NCBI GenBank assembly: GCA_950097015.1
Contig: CATNEN010000038.1
Coordinates: forward strand, 31,434,001-31,498,000
Direction of reading: 5' to 3'
Length of the DNA stretch: 64,000 nt
Source: Macrostomum hystrix
Lineage: Eukaryota > Animalia > Platyhelminthes
In this document: positions 36,827 to 49,804 of the stretch, piece after piece
Position numbering within the stretch: the stretch's first letter is position 1
Layout: the number at the start of each line of letters is the position of its first letter
Translations under genes and position numbers: made by a program
Notes under the pieces: generated by a model
What the model was told of the DNA's origin: nothing
Seen by the model: only the letters and a program-made list of their open reading frames with translations
Database searches by the model: none

Positions 36827-38884
36827 ATGAACCAAAGGCAACTAAAGCGAAGTATTAATGAAATTGAAGCTAAAATAAAAGACCAAGAGAAACATATAGA
36901 AAATTCATTGTCTCAACAAATTTACTATTTATACCCACTTCAAGATGAATCATCTAGTGGCATTTGTTTGTCAGATATTGATATTGACATTGACAAGATT
37001 TTGAGCAACTTTGTCTTAGAAGAGTTTTCTAATAATGGTCTTCACCTTATTGAGGTGGAAGATACTTCTGATGTTGACCATTTTGAACATGAAGACACAT
37101 TGCTACAACATTTTGTAGACATTACAAAAGAATTTTTATCAGACTTATCAGAAAGGTCAGAGTCTTATGACAAAGTCCAAAGTAGCTTCAAAGATGACTT
37201 GGCTGCATGGGTTGTTGAAGCCAAAGTGAGTCAAGTACATATTACGTCTTTACTGCATCTACATGCTAAACATTTTCCAAATTTGGATCTTCCATTGACA
37301 GCATCAACATTGTTGGCTCATAGCACTAATGCAAAGTCATATTACTGTTCTAAAGATATCTATTATGTTGGTGTACAGTCTGCAATTGAATCTATAATAG
37401 ATAATTCTTTATCAAGCATACATACCAAATCTAATCAGTTGACTCTATTCCTAAATATTGATGGAATCAGTTTTTTCAAAAGTTCTGGCTACCAGTGCTG
37501 GCCTATTCTTGGTTTTGTTCCTGAATTACAATCTGAACCTTTTGTCATCCAGTTCTATTATTCAAGAGATAAGCCAAATCCCAAACAACTGTGTTCTGAA
37601 CTGATTAAAGAATTGAATCATCTAATTTCAAGTGGATTTGATTATTGTGGTCATCATTATGCAATTTTAACAAAGGCAATAATTTGTGATGCACCAGCTA
37701 GGTGCTTATTGAAGTGCACTAAGTATCCAACTGGTTATCATAGTTGTGACAAATGTAAAGTAGAAGGTACTCGATGTGAGGAAAGAAGTTGCATTGTCTT
37801 TGATGAAGTTAATGCTGATCTACGAACTGATCTTGAATTTCGACTGCAAATTGATGAGGATCACCATAATGAAGCCAATGGATTATCACCATTTCTTGAA
37901 TTAAATTCAATTGACATGGTTGCATCATTTCCACTTGATGTTCTTCATGTGGCATATCTTGGTGTTATGAGAAGGATGATGTATTTCTGGATAAAAGAGG
38001 GCCCATACAAGGTCCGAATGCCAAGTCAGGCTATTAAGACTTTATCTGCCAATTTAGTTTCATTAAAATCACATGTCCCATCAGAATTTTGCCGAAAGCC
38101 ACGAGGGCTTAATGAGCTTTGCTATTGGAAAGGAGCTGAATTCCGATCATTTATTCTCTATTATGGAATCATTGTTTTAAATGATGCTAGTATTCCAAAG
38201 GACATTTATCCTCATTTTCTATACTTTCACATTGCAATGCATCTTCTTTGTGGTAAATCTGCAATGCTAAGTGTAAATGTTGTTGCTGCAACCAATCTGC
38301 TAAAAGAATTTGTTACAAAGTCATCTGGATTGTATGGACGTGGATTTGTCTCAAACATAGTTCATTCTCTGATTCATTTGCCAAATGACTGTGAAAAATT
38401 TGGTGCAGTAGATGCATTTTCTGCTTTTCGATTTGAAAGTTTTTTGCAGATTCTAAAGAACAGACTATGCAGTGGTAATCAAGTGATTGCTCAACTGAGA
38501 AATCGGACTGGTGAATATTTGATGACAAAAAGGTCCAGGGCTGAGCTTGCCGTACCATCTCACAAGAGTACAATAAGAGTTAACAGCAGAGATTGTTTTA
38601 TTATCACAAGGACTCTTCAAGTCTGTCTTGTTACTGAAGTTTTGCCTGCTAAGTTCAAGGTGATGGAATTTACACAGAAAGAAGATTTTTATTCCTATCC
38701 AATAAAAAGTTCAGCTGTAGGAATATTTTTTGTCAAAGATGGCTGTTTTGGAGCACCATTCGATGTCACTGATGATTGCATATTGGACAAGGCTTGCGGT
38801 TTTCCTGTAAAGAAAGGATATGTTATCATTCCTCTTCGCCTTGACTTTCCAGATTCACATGGAGAAAAATTGGCTTGTTGTTAG
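36827..38884 (+). CDS. EnSpm/CACTA-like transposase (685 aa ORF)
   Basis: NIDG..KSS..WPIL, ICDAPAR..K..GY.SC.KC, FPLD.LH...LGV, RKPRGL..WK..EFR, H.LIHL..D..FG..SAF.FES motifs; no internal stops. Confidence 0.88.
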   Translation: MNQRQLKRSINEIEAKIKDQEKHIENSLSQQIYYLYPLQDESSSGICLSDIDIDIDKILSNFVLEEFSNNGLHLIEVEDTSDVDHFEHEDTLLQHFVDITKEFLSDLSERSESYDKVQSSFKDDLAAWVVEAKVSQVHITSLLHLHAKHFPNLDLPLTASTLLAHSTNAKSYYCSKDIYYVGVQSAIESIIDNSLSSIHTKSNQLTLFLNIDGISFFKSSGYQCWPILGFVPELQSEPFVIQFYYSRDKPNPKQLCSELIKELNHLISSGFDYCGHHYAILTKAIICDAPARCLLKCTKYPTGYHSCDKCKVEGTRCEERSCIVFDEVNADLRTDLEFRLQIDEDHHNEANGLSPFLELNSIDMVASFPLDVLHVAYLGVMRRMMYFWIKEGPYKVRMPSQAIKTLSANLVSLKSHVPSEFCRKPRGLNELCYWKGAEFRSFILYYGIIVLNDASIPKDIYPHFLYFHIAMHLLCGKSAMLSVNVVAATNLLKEFVTKSSGLYGRGFVSNIVHSLIHLPNDCEKFGAVDAFSAFRFESFLQILKNRLCSGNQVIAQLRNRTGEYLMTKRSRAELAVPSHKSTIRVNSRDCFIITRTLQVCLVTEVLPAKFKVMEFTQKEDFYSYPIKSSAVGIFFVKDGCFGAPFDVTDDCILDKACGFPVKKGYVIIPLRLDFPDSHGEKLACC

Positions 38885-40433
38885 CTTTGCTGAAGGAACC
38901 ATTGCTGTAATTCCTAGCACCTGGCTTGATTCCAATTCTAACACAGTTTACTTCCCACCTGCCAGTGATGACCATCGGAAAATGTATTCTAAGAGCCCAA
39001 TGGCTAACTGGGACGAATATCATGAATTCAAAATCGTATTTCGAAGTAGTAAGTGTAACTTTGCTTTTATTTTCAAGAAACAATTTTTTAGCTATCGTTT
39101 AAAGTGTTTAAACAATTCGTTTAACTTCAGATGAATATGCGACTGCTGTCGATAAGGAAAAGAAGTACCAATTTTCAAGTCTCTCTTGCAGCGACTCAGA
39201 TCATGAATTGGCTAGGAAAAGAAGACGTCCTGAAGGTATGTTTTCAGGTGGATATACTATAATGCATTTTTCCTAATGTATTGACTTGAAATTATTTTCC
39301 CGTGCTTATCAAATGCAGAATCCAGGTTAATCGACAAACATCCTGCGAATAAAAGAAGCAGTGACACGAGCATCTCAAGATATGAACAGACTAGTGATGA
39401 CGATGATCCAGTGCCGCCACCTCTTTATGTAAGAGTAATGACCGCTTACAATCAGAGTCTGCCACTGGGATCTGCAGCTGCCACTTTCATGGACGCGACT
39501 ACGACACCCAAGTCGGCTGCTGCGGTGACGCCTAGCAACGTTGCGACAACCGTGGCTGCTGCGGGGGTGACGCCTAGCAACGTTGCGACAACCGTGGCTG
39601 CTGCGGGGTTGACGCCTAGCAACGTTGCGACAACCGTGGCTGCTGCGGGGTTGACGCCTAGCAACGTTGCGACAACCGTGGCTGCTGCGGGGGTGACGCC
39701 TAGCAACGTTGCGACAACCGTGGCTGCTGCGGGGGTGACGCCTAGCAACGTTGCAACAACCGTGGCTACTGCTTCAACTCAACCGAAGCTCTTAGACTCT
39801 CTAGACGTGACATTAACGCCAAGAGGTGCAAGCGCCAGAAATTCCGCAGCCAGGAATGCTGATTTCGGCATCAGCAATGAGGCCTTTGAATCTATTGCCA
39901 CTGAGCTATTGGCAGAACGTGGAGCAAACAGAGACGCAACAACTGGTCCTAGTCACCTCCGTCTTCTTTGTGCGACGTTTGTCTTGGTTAGAGAAAACAA
40001 TCAAATGCTTCGCAATCTCATTTCAAAACAGCAGATAAGTTCTGCAAACGTGCTTCAGCAACTTCCTTGCCATTTACCAATTGGAACAATTGGTGATCTA
40101 AAATTGTTCGAAGAGCACCTAAATGAAAATGAAAATGTCGTTCTGAATTCAATCGGTCGGATCGGTGGTTCAGATGTGCGATCTGCCACGTACATGGCAT
40201 GTAAGACAACCATTTCAGTCAATGTGGCAAAGGTTCTGAATTGGGCTGGGACAAATCGGGCTTCGGAAAAAGCTTCACTAAGAGATGAATTTCCAAAAAC
40301 CTTTGACTACATTCTCAAACTGACTCGTTTAAGTCAACCTGATGCGAGTCGAGAAGCTGTTATCGATGCAGTTCAGCGTTGGTTGAAAAAAGCCCCGTTC
40401 GCAAAAAAAGACAGTGCTAATGCCGCAGAGTAG
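38859..40433 (+). CDS. Transposon accessory protein (DUF4806-like C-terminus)
   Basis: Exons 38859-39048 (MEKNWLVVSF..AVIPSTWL), 39131-39235, 39319-40433. Contains a 42-bp coding repeat (TPSNVATTVAAAG[V/L]) and C-terminal IGG..NWAG..K..VQRWLK. Confidence 0.72.
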
Positions 40434-41544
40434 GCCCAATTTTTTCCTTAAACATAGTTGACTTAATTATCATGCTTTGATTTTTATGCCATCAACATCC
40501 TAATAATTTTTTCTGTATTTTTTGTTCCAGTTCTATTCGCTTTTTCATTTATTTGCTCACATTTTTTCTGGGGTCGTTACTTCCCACAATGACAGCGCAA
40601 CCAAGACCGAATTTAGGGGGCGCCGCCCCGAAATGCTAACCAAACCACTGTCCTTGTTACATAAGGGCCCTCATACTTGTCGCCCCTAATAATATTTGAG
40701 AGCCTTATACTTAACGCCCCCTTTTTGCGGCACAACGACGCCCATTAGTTTGCCATCTTTTGTATTACTTGATGTAGGTCTTTTATGTGTTATGTGTCGA
40801 GAAAATAAGAATAAAAAACTGAGCTTATGTATTGTTGTATGTATTAAATGTATAGTTGGCCAGGAGGAACGAGGAGATAAGAGGTGGCTGGCCCCGCAGC
40901 CAATCAGAAAAATAAGAGAGAATGCGAGGAGACAGCCATATGGAGAAGTAAGCTGACAGAGGGACAAGAGTGCAGGTAAACTCAACAAAGATGAGAGGCG
41001 GTGAATTCAAGGAAAGATTGATAGTCGCAACACCCAAAAAATGGAGACATTTTTACATTCGAGTAAAACTGGGAAGTAGATTCGAGTGGCGGTGGGTTGA
41101 GGAAACTTACACTGTTTCTATTAGAAGTATTTTTTTATTACCGTATCTATTTAAATAGCTAAATATATTGCAATGTTTAAAGTAATTGTCACACTTTATT
41201 GGACAACTTAGTGGAATTACACATTTGAAAATATTTATTTGGTCAGTTTAATTGCATGATTTTGGTTCACTGTCTTATTCTTGCTCCAATTAATACTTTT
41301 GTTGCATTGGCAACGGTGCGTTATGAAAAATATATAGTATAAAATCAGCACGGAAAAAACCGTTAGGTTATAGTCAGTTATTGTGGAATAAAGTAACGTT
41401 AAAATTCTAACGGAAAACTAACATTAGTCTAACGACCGAACTAACGGAAAGACTAACGTTAAAGTCTAACGTAAACCTAACGGAAATTCGTTCGTCCTGT
41501 AACGTTTTTCTAACGTGCTTCTAACGTCAGACCTTGGACTAGGG

Positions 41545-41670
41545 TAAGAAATCGGTGAATTCTAAGAAAGTGGCGAATCCGAATAAATCGGTGAATTCTA
41601 AGAAATTGGCGAATCCGAATAAATCGGTGAATTCTAAGAAAGTGGCGAATTCTAAGAAATTAGCGAAATT
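41545..41670. repeat. ~18-bp minisatellite (TAAGAAATCGGTGAATTC) interrupted by the transposon; left part at 36060-36110
   Basis: Same unit on both sides of the element. Confidence 0.88.
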
Positions 41671-43485
41671 AAGAAATGAAAATGGATGGCATATTTAAAT
41701 CGAGGACGGTCGTAAAACAATTTGGGTGTCCATATGACAACTCTAAAATACTGACCGAATTGAAGGCATCTTATCAAGTCGAAGGCACTCACAGCTCCTC
41801 GGTCGCGGCCTCCCAGAATGCCGATAAAACTCATCGATGGGTGCGGCATCAGCAGGGCAATAAGTAGAAACGACAACTTAAGGACAATTAGCCGAGAACT
41901 TAATTTTGGACTTTTAGTATCCTGCATTCTACAATTTTCTGATTTAGTATATTTTATTAAACTACGCTTTTTTAATAAAGCGAGATAAAAATTATTTGAC
42001 TTGGACTGGGGAAGAAAATCTAGTAATTGTTGTGCGGTAATATATAGCATCTAGGTGCTCTTCCATCTGCATAGCTGCATTCTTATTGGCTAGTAGCAGT
42101 CTTGCCAATCGTGCTAATCGTGCACCTCTAAGAAGCGGCTAACGGACTCTAATAGAGAACTCAATATATGCGATGCAACAAAAATTAATTTAGTAAAGAG
42201 AATAATCAATCGATAAGTTATAGTAGCGACAAAGCCTATATTATACGTGTAAGTATGGCCTAGTTTTGTAATGACTATAAAATTCAGCACATCTCGATGG
42301 ATTATCATTGTATTATTGGGATGCCGATTTGAAATTTGATCCCAGAGCCATAAATGAGCACAAAGGAATCTTGGCATTCCTCACTTCTCTGACTAATATA
42401 ATACATGATTATATGCAGACATTTACATAGGTTTTTTATAGTAATACATCAATCCATTAAATTGCAGATATGTAAGTTTTTCAGAATAAACCATTTATGT
42501 TTCACAATATCCTATTATGCGTAAACAAAAAATTAAATTAAAACGCTTTATTATCCATTTATTTAACTTTAATTCTACTTTTGTTCTACTGGCACATACA
42601 CGTGCCTGATTTGTTTTACTGTAGAGGTTTTGTGCAGCCCTTACTAGGGCCGTTTTGCTCAACCGGTTTTTAGAGACCTACTACAGTTTTTTGTGGATCT
42701 CAACTTTTAAGCTCCATTTATAAGCAGTATGCAAGTTAAAAATCGAGCATTAAGAATTCATTATAATATAAACACAAGCAACTATTATATTAGAATTTCT
42801 TTCTTTCGAATTGTCAATTTTGCATTTTTAAATACGAGAATAAGTTATTCAGAAATTTATAAATGTGTAAGTTAAAAGTAACGCTTTGTATTAACCCCCA
42901 TTTTAACTTGCTTCTACATGGGTTAGATATGAAGAAATTCACAAAACAATGAAAACATTAAATGATGATAAGTACAGTAAAACTGTTTTTTTCATTAAAA
43001 ATGTGTTCAGTTTGTTTAAAACATAGAGGGACGGATTTAATTTTGTATATTAAGAAGAAATGAGAGAGTAAGAATAGAAATACATACTTAGGAAAAGCAT
43101 CAAACTAGAATAATTATGAATTCAGATAAATGGACACAGCCAACCTCTGACAAATATAGCAATAGTATATGCTTTGGGGCAAACACAACGACACAAAATT
43201 GTCTACTTCTGGATGAGAATCGAACTCAAGACCTCTCGCGGTCAGAAGTTCAATGCTTTAACCGAGTAACAATAACAAATCATATTTAAATAGGAAAATT
43301 CTGATTAAAAAAAGCGTCAAGATTGAGCTAGCTGAACATCTAGAAAAAAAAACAAAAACGGGCACAATTTTTTGAAAAAAAGTGCAAAGTTTAGTAAAAT
43401 CAGGCATGTAAAAAATATGTTTTACGTTTTGTTTAAACTGAATCAAAATTTTCAATGAAAATTATCGTAGTTATGATTATTTTCG

Positions 43486-45214
43486 TCACGTGTCCTCAAC
43501 GTCGCTATTTCTGATGACGTCATCGCCGTGAGCGACCAATAGAAGGCTGGCGATCTTGTTTAGCGCCAACTGTACTGTGTCCCGCTGCCTGGCGCTGCAC
43601 AATAGTACAAAAGTCTCACCGGTGCGACCTTCTGATTGGCCAGCAGAGAATTCCAGCTTCTCCATCAGCTGAGTTAGTTCGAAAGAAAGGGAAATGATTT
43701 TATCCAACTCATTATCAAATTATATTAATAGTGCACCTGACCGCCTACTGCCAATAGTCCCAACAGAATATAAACTGCTAATAAGACAATGACAGCTCAA
43801 ATCTGTTGCGCTGACGGATTTAATGTCGAATATCAGTGAGGTAGCTGATCAATTACCAAAACCTTTGAGATAAAAGGAAAAATATATTTGTTAAAAACTG
43901 ATTCATATCTTTAAATCTCGTAGAACTATTTTTTGGATAAATACTCGTATTTTCAAATCTCTATAAGATTTTATGAGAGTTCAATATTAAAAAATATGTT
44001 CAGATTAGAATAAAAATTCTCTTATAATCTCTGAAATTCTCACTGAGATTCGTTTTTTAAATCTCAGAAAACCTCTTTGATTTTGGATGATCAATCTCTA
44101 AAAATCTCATTTAGATGAAAACATCAATTTTTTGAAAAATATCTTGCGATTTGAAAACTAATCTCTGAAAATCTCACTGAGATTCTAGGATTGATTTCTG
44201 AAAATATCATTAATTTTTTATGATCAATCTTTAAAGAATCTCATTTAGATTAGAATATCAATCTCTGAAACTCTCACTGAGAATCGAAGGTCAATCTCTG
44301 AAAATCTCACTGAGAATCGAAGGTCAATCTCTGAAACTCTCACTGAGAATCGAAGGTCAATCTCTGAAAATCTCACTGAGAATCGAAGGTCAATCTCTGA
44401 AAATCTCACTGAGAATCGAAGGTCAATCTCTGAAAATCTCACTGAGAATCGAAAGTCAATCTCTGAAAATCTCACTGAGAATCGAAGGTCAATCTCTGAA
44501 AATCTCACTGAGAATCGAAGGTCAATCTCTGAAACTCTCACTGAGAATCGAAGGTCAATCTCTGAAAATCTCACTGAGAATCGAAGGTCAATCTCTGAAA
44601 ATCTCACTGAGAATCGAAGGTCAATCTCTGAAAATCTCACTGAGATTCGAAGGTCAATCTCTGAAAATCTCTATGAATTTAAAACTCGATTAGATTTGAA
44701 AAGCCCAGCTCAAGCCTTAGAAAACTGTCACCTCAACCTCGCCGCAAGCGCCGGGGCAGTCCTGGTGTGTTGCCAGCACAAACACTGGAGCCTCGGACAG
44801 GCGTTCCGAGTTGAGCACTGAGCGCAACTCCTGTCGGGCCTGGGCCCAGCGACTTTCGTCCTTCTCGTTGGCGTCCACGATGAACAAGACGCCATGCAGT
44901 TCAGGTCCATAATAGCGCGACCAGTAGGGACGAATTTGATGCGAGCCACCGAGCTCTTTGATGTGCAGATTTGCGCAATCCAGATGAATGTCCTGCAAAT
45001 GTAAAACAAATTTAAAACAGTGAAAATAATCAATTAGGATGTCATAAAAATATCACCCAATATTTACCTTTATGTTGAAGCCAGTTGTTGGACTAGTTTC
45101 CAATGTGTCCTGTAGAAAACTATTTAGCAAAGCAGTTTTGCCAGCCTTGTCAAGACCAAGACATAGTAAGTCGAATTCCTCTTTGGGTGGTGGGTCCTTT
45201 ATGCAGCAGGCCAT
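43486..45214 (-). CDS. ARL15: ADP-ribosylation factor-like GTPase 15
   Basis: Exons 45214-45068 (MACC..EFDLLCLGLDKAGKT..TTGFNIK), 44992-44732 (KELGG..IRPYWSRYY..GVLFIVD..HQD), 43668-43486. ELGG, YWSRYY and HQD are ARL15-type. Confidence 0.88.
44258..44670. repeat. 33-bp minisatellite in an ARL15 intron
   Basis: TCAATCTCTGAAAATCTCACTGAGAATCGAAGG tandem units. Confidence 0.95.
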
Positions 45215-46077
45215 TTTGTAGATCTGCATTCAATTAAAAAAATTAAATGCTACTGTTAGAGACTGCAACTGATGGTAAACATATTAAATGCAGGCTTGTA
45301 TGTACAGAGTGCCTTTTAAAATATTTTCTTGTGCATTGGGTTAATTATTTACAGTAGATAGAATATAGTAGATCTGAATTATTAAATTTCTGTGATTTTT
45401 AAGCCTCAGAACAAAACTTATAATAAATCCTAATGCTGCAAGACTTGCACAGACTATTTAATCAGTTATAGTTTCATTATGTTACAAACATAATGAAGTG
45501 TCATTGCATCAAAGGTTTATAGTTTAGTTTTGCTGGAATCCTTCTTTTAAAGAAATTACTGTTGTTATGTTCATTAATATAATATGAAAAAAATGTATAA
45601 TGTCAGATACTTATATTTTCAACATTATCTGAATGGCACTTATATTAGATAATACAATTTAATAATAATGAATGTTTCTACACATCACTATCTCACTGAG
45701 ATAATCTCAGTGATATGAATAACTACAATTCCAAAGCTAAGATTTTAAGAATGTTATCTGAAAATACAACTACAGCTGGATATGGAATTGCAAAGACAGA
45801 TTTTTAAATACATATATCGTAAATCGCTTGAAATACTTACATTGTAGCAACAAATCCGACTGATACTAAAGCACAGAGCAAGGTTTTGTGACATTATAAG
45901 AATTATGATTATAGCAAACTAAAATGCATTTCAGCTAACATGTGTGATAGTGTTAAGAGTTTTGTAATATATAATTAGGATAAGCGGGCTAAGAATGCAT
46001 ATGGAAATAAATTTTTTATTGTAAGCGCCATTTGTATTTATGACAATCTATAAATTCACCAAATCGACGATAAAAGC

Positions 46078-48176
46078 GGGTGTGTATAAAGCCAGGGCTC
46101 GGCTGGAGGTCAGTGGCATTAAAACAAAGTTTAAAGAATAGTCGGGCAGATAAGTCGGAACATGAAGAATAAAAGAAATTCATATGCGTGTATAAATTAT
46201 GATTGTTTCTATAAATTTTTTATTTATCTTTACATCACGAAGTTAGTTACATAGAATTTTTTTTATTTCTTTTTTACCGGCGGTAATTACGTCAAATATT
46301 AAGTCATATATTAATATAAATAAATTTAAGTCAAATAGAGGCTATTCGAATTTTAAAACGGCGAAAGCTTTCGTATAAATATATTATCGTAGGGGCTTAT
46401 AAACCGCTCATAAGCCCGTTATAAGCCGAAGTTTATTTTGAACGACCAGACCAAGTTATAAGTAACATCGCTGCTTGAAGCAGTTAGTGGCGAATAAGAG
46501 TTACATCAAGATCTAGTTGAAAAGTAGTTTTTCATTTGTGGCGAACGAGTTTAAAAAAAGTGGGTTTATAGCGAGTCGCTAGTGAAACGGTAGTGTAATC
46601 TTATCTAATCTTTCGCTTCCGCTTGAAATAATACGAAAGAGCCTTAGCAATACCAATGCTCGATTGTACACGCAATATTTTCTCAATATGCCTTTTCGTA
46701 ATTCAATATCGAGAATCTCATTGCAAAACGATATTCTCAAAATTACATATTATAAAATACAAAATGAAAAGAATTAAAAAATAAATGCCTTGATCAAGCC
46801 TTGTTTTGCAATAACATGGTGTTAAATTCTAGCAATTTTCGCAGTCTATAACTTCAACTGTGTATCTTAAAGATTTAAACTTAAAATGCAGCTGAAAGTA
46901 AAGTGTTAAAGCAGTTATAGTGACGTCCAGCTCGTTAATTTCCGATGGCCTTTTGTCTAAGACGCTTGATCGTCTAGGACGCGTACACGACATTTTGGTT
47001 CGAATCTGTCGGCAATACATTTTTGTCCGAGAGTGTTTTCGATCAAAGTTTTACACTGACCAACTGCAATGGTCTAACAACACCAATAGATGTTTTTTAT
47101 ATAACTTCTAACCATTTCTCTAAATAATTGAACTTTTTATACTCGTACTTATTAGCGTATGCTGTCTGAATTTATCACGGAAAAGGTATCCGATATGTTT
47201 AGAAAAACTGAAAATAAAATTTTAGGATCTTTGACATATGCGTCGATGGAATTTATTCTGATTGGATAGGTCAGCAAAGTTATAACAAAAAAAGCATTTG
47301 CTTTGGTAATAAATTATTATTTGCAAACCTCAATATGTTAATATGGCTCGGAAATTAACGAGCTGGACGTCACTATAACTGCTTTAACACTTTACTTTCA
47401 GCTGCATTTTAGGTTTAAATCTTTAAGATACACAGTTGAAGTTATAGACTGCGAAAATTGCTAGAATTTAACACCATGTTATTGCAAAACAAGGCTTGAT
47501 CAAGGCATTTATTTTTTAATTCTTTTTATTTTGTATTTTATAATATGTAATTTTGAGAATATCGTTTTGCAACTTTGCAAGTTTGCAACTTTTCAACTAG
47601 ATCTTGATGTAACTCTTATTCGCCACTAATTGCTTCAAGCAGCGATGTTACTTATAACTTGGTCTGGTCGTTCAAAATAAACTTCGGCTTATAACGGGTT
47701 TATGAGCGGTTTATAAGCCCCTACGATAATATATTTATACGAAAGCTTTCGCCGTTTTAAAATTCGAATATAGCCTCTATTGGACTTAATATTAATATTA
47801 ATATATTATTAATATTAATAATATTAACGGTATATTATATTATTATATACCTTGATTGATACCTATTATACCTATTATATCTTGATACCTATATTATATC
47901 TTGATACCTTGATACCTATTATATACCTTTATATACCTTGAATAATATGACTTAATATTTGACGTAATTACGGCCGGAAAAAAAGAAATTAAAAAATTCT
48001 ATGTAACTAACTTCGTGATGTAAAGAAAAATTAAAAATTTATAAAAACAATCATAATTAATACACGCATATGAATTTCTTTTATTCTTCATTTTTCGTCT
48101 TGATCTGCCCGACTATTCTTTAAACTTTGTTTTAATGCCACTGACCTCCAGCCGAGCCCTGGCTTTATACACACCC
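46078..48176. mobile_element. Non-autonomous foldback/Mutator-like element with ~850-bp TIRs
   Basis: Arm 46078-46945 is the reverse complement of 47348-48176; GGG..CCC ends; 9-bp TSD GATAAAAGC at 46069-46077 and 48177-48185. Confidence 0.92.
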
Positions 48177-49804
48177 GATAAAAGCATATCGATGTGAAAT
48201 GCGAGATTTTTCATACTAAAAATGTGCACAAACAAAAGTTTAGAACAAAGTAGTTGTGAATATTTATATGTTATAATCTCCTAAAAAAAGAATAAGCAAT
48301 GTTGTTAGCAATAACATGACATGACAGTTATTTTGCGGAAAATAATACTATTTTTCTTTATATCCAGTGCCAGCTTGAATAACACCGTTAAGTATCACGT
48401 CAGTGGTTAAAATTAATCGTAACTCCGTAGAAAGCGTGCCCCACCTATTTTCAGATGCTTTTATAGACTAAGGAAAATATTTTAATTGTTTGTAGTAACG
48501 CTAGAAGGTTTCCTAAATAAAGGCGGTGCAAGTCGTTAGCTTTTCCGCCGCTAATTATTAATCTTACATATTGATTTAATATTTAGCATGGTACGTTTTA
48601 TGGCCTATACAAGTACAAATAAATACCGCACCAATTTTTAGTCAAATTTTAAGAAATTAAACATTTAAAATAAGTCTGTGGGCTTTTAGCGTAGGTGCAT
48701 GTAACGTAATAAGTACACCTAAAAACAGAATTCGATGACAAAATGAATTTTCCTAAGCAATACAAATGTAATTTTTTTAGAGATTACGATGCAACTTTTC
48801 GGCGCTTTGTTGCGTATAGTAAAAACATTGATGACCACGGCCGAAACACAAAATAACTAATTTAACGAAATAAAAATAGTTTAGCAAATAAAAAAATCTT
48901 AAGTTGCTACTGACCTTGGCCAGAGGTAAGTAGAGAGATATGAATAGACGTCGGTTAGGCATGTTAAAATACAGTAAAGAAGCGTTAGCAATAAGACATG
49001 TCGGTGCAATTGATTACAGAAGTGACAAATATAATATGCGCATTTAGCTACGAGTATATGCTGATTGTTAACAAAGGCGAGGCGTTGCATTTAAGAAAAT
49101 GATATACATTATATGGAATATAGCGAATAAAACAAATATTTGGCAATCCGTCAGCATAAAAAACAGCAGGGTGACACATACGCGGAAATGATAAAACTGA
49201 CTAGTTAACTACAAAAATTGGATTTTTTCTTTTATATTTCCTTTCGCTAATCAATATCAATAATTAAAACTATACCTACACTCAACCCAATTGGTTACGG
49301 CAAAAAAACATTTGAAAACCTTTTATCGCTTTTATCGCGATAAACGATAAATTATAAAATACGCTTCGAAAATTATTTCGTAAAATAAAATAAATTTACG
49401 TACGAAACGAAAAAAGCTATATATATTTTCAATATTAATTCAAAAATTAATTTTATGTACACAAATTAATTAACAATCATTACAAACAAAAGAACATTCT
49501 GGCAGACGATCTTAATGTGTACAAAAGGAATTGGTAATACTTAAAAAGACGTGCCTCCGTCTATTCGTAGTAGGGTATTTGCATTTGTGTAGATTTTTAT
49601 TCACTTTTGAAATCAAATGAAAGGAAAGCAGTAACAAATAAATTATTAAATTAAACTTCGCCAATTTTGGTTTGGCCGAAGGACAACAGATGTACGACGC
49701 GTAGGAACAGACTAGACGGCCATAGTACACAGATCCTTCTTGGGCAAGGAGGAAGACACGCTAAAGTCAAGTGTTTAGTTATCAAGCAGCAATTTAAGTC
49801 ATTT

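Larger units (their letters stand above)
36111..41544 (+). mobile_element. EnSpm/CACTA (CMC)-type DNA transposon, apparently full length
   Basis: Perfect 10-bp TIR CCCTAGTCCA/TGGACTAGGG, TA duplication, subterminal CTAACG/AACGTT repeats, transposase plus a second spliced ORF. Confidence 0.88.

Noticed and set aside
40655-41032. Possible solo LTR (TGTTAC..GCAACA) nested in the CACTA element
   Set aside because: No target-site duplication and no second copy in the window.
43205-43270. tRNA-like sequence on the minus strand (also 17283-17320)
   Set aside because: Only a B-box/T-arm remnant with no full cloverleaf; likely SINE heads.
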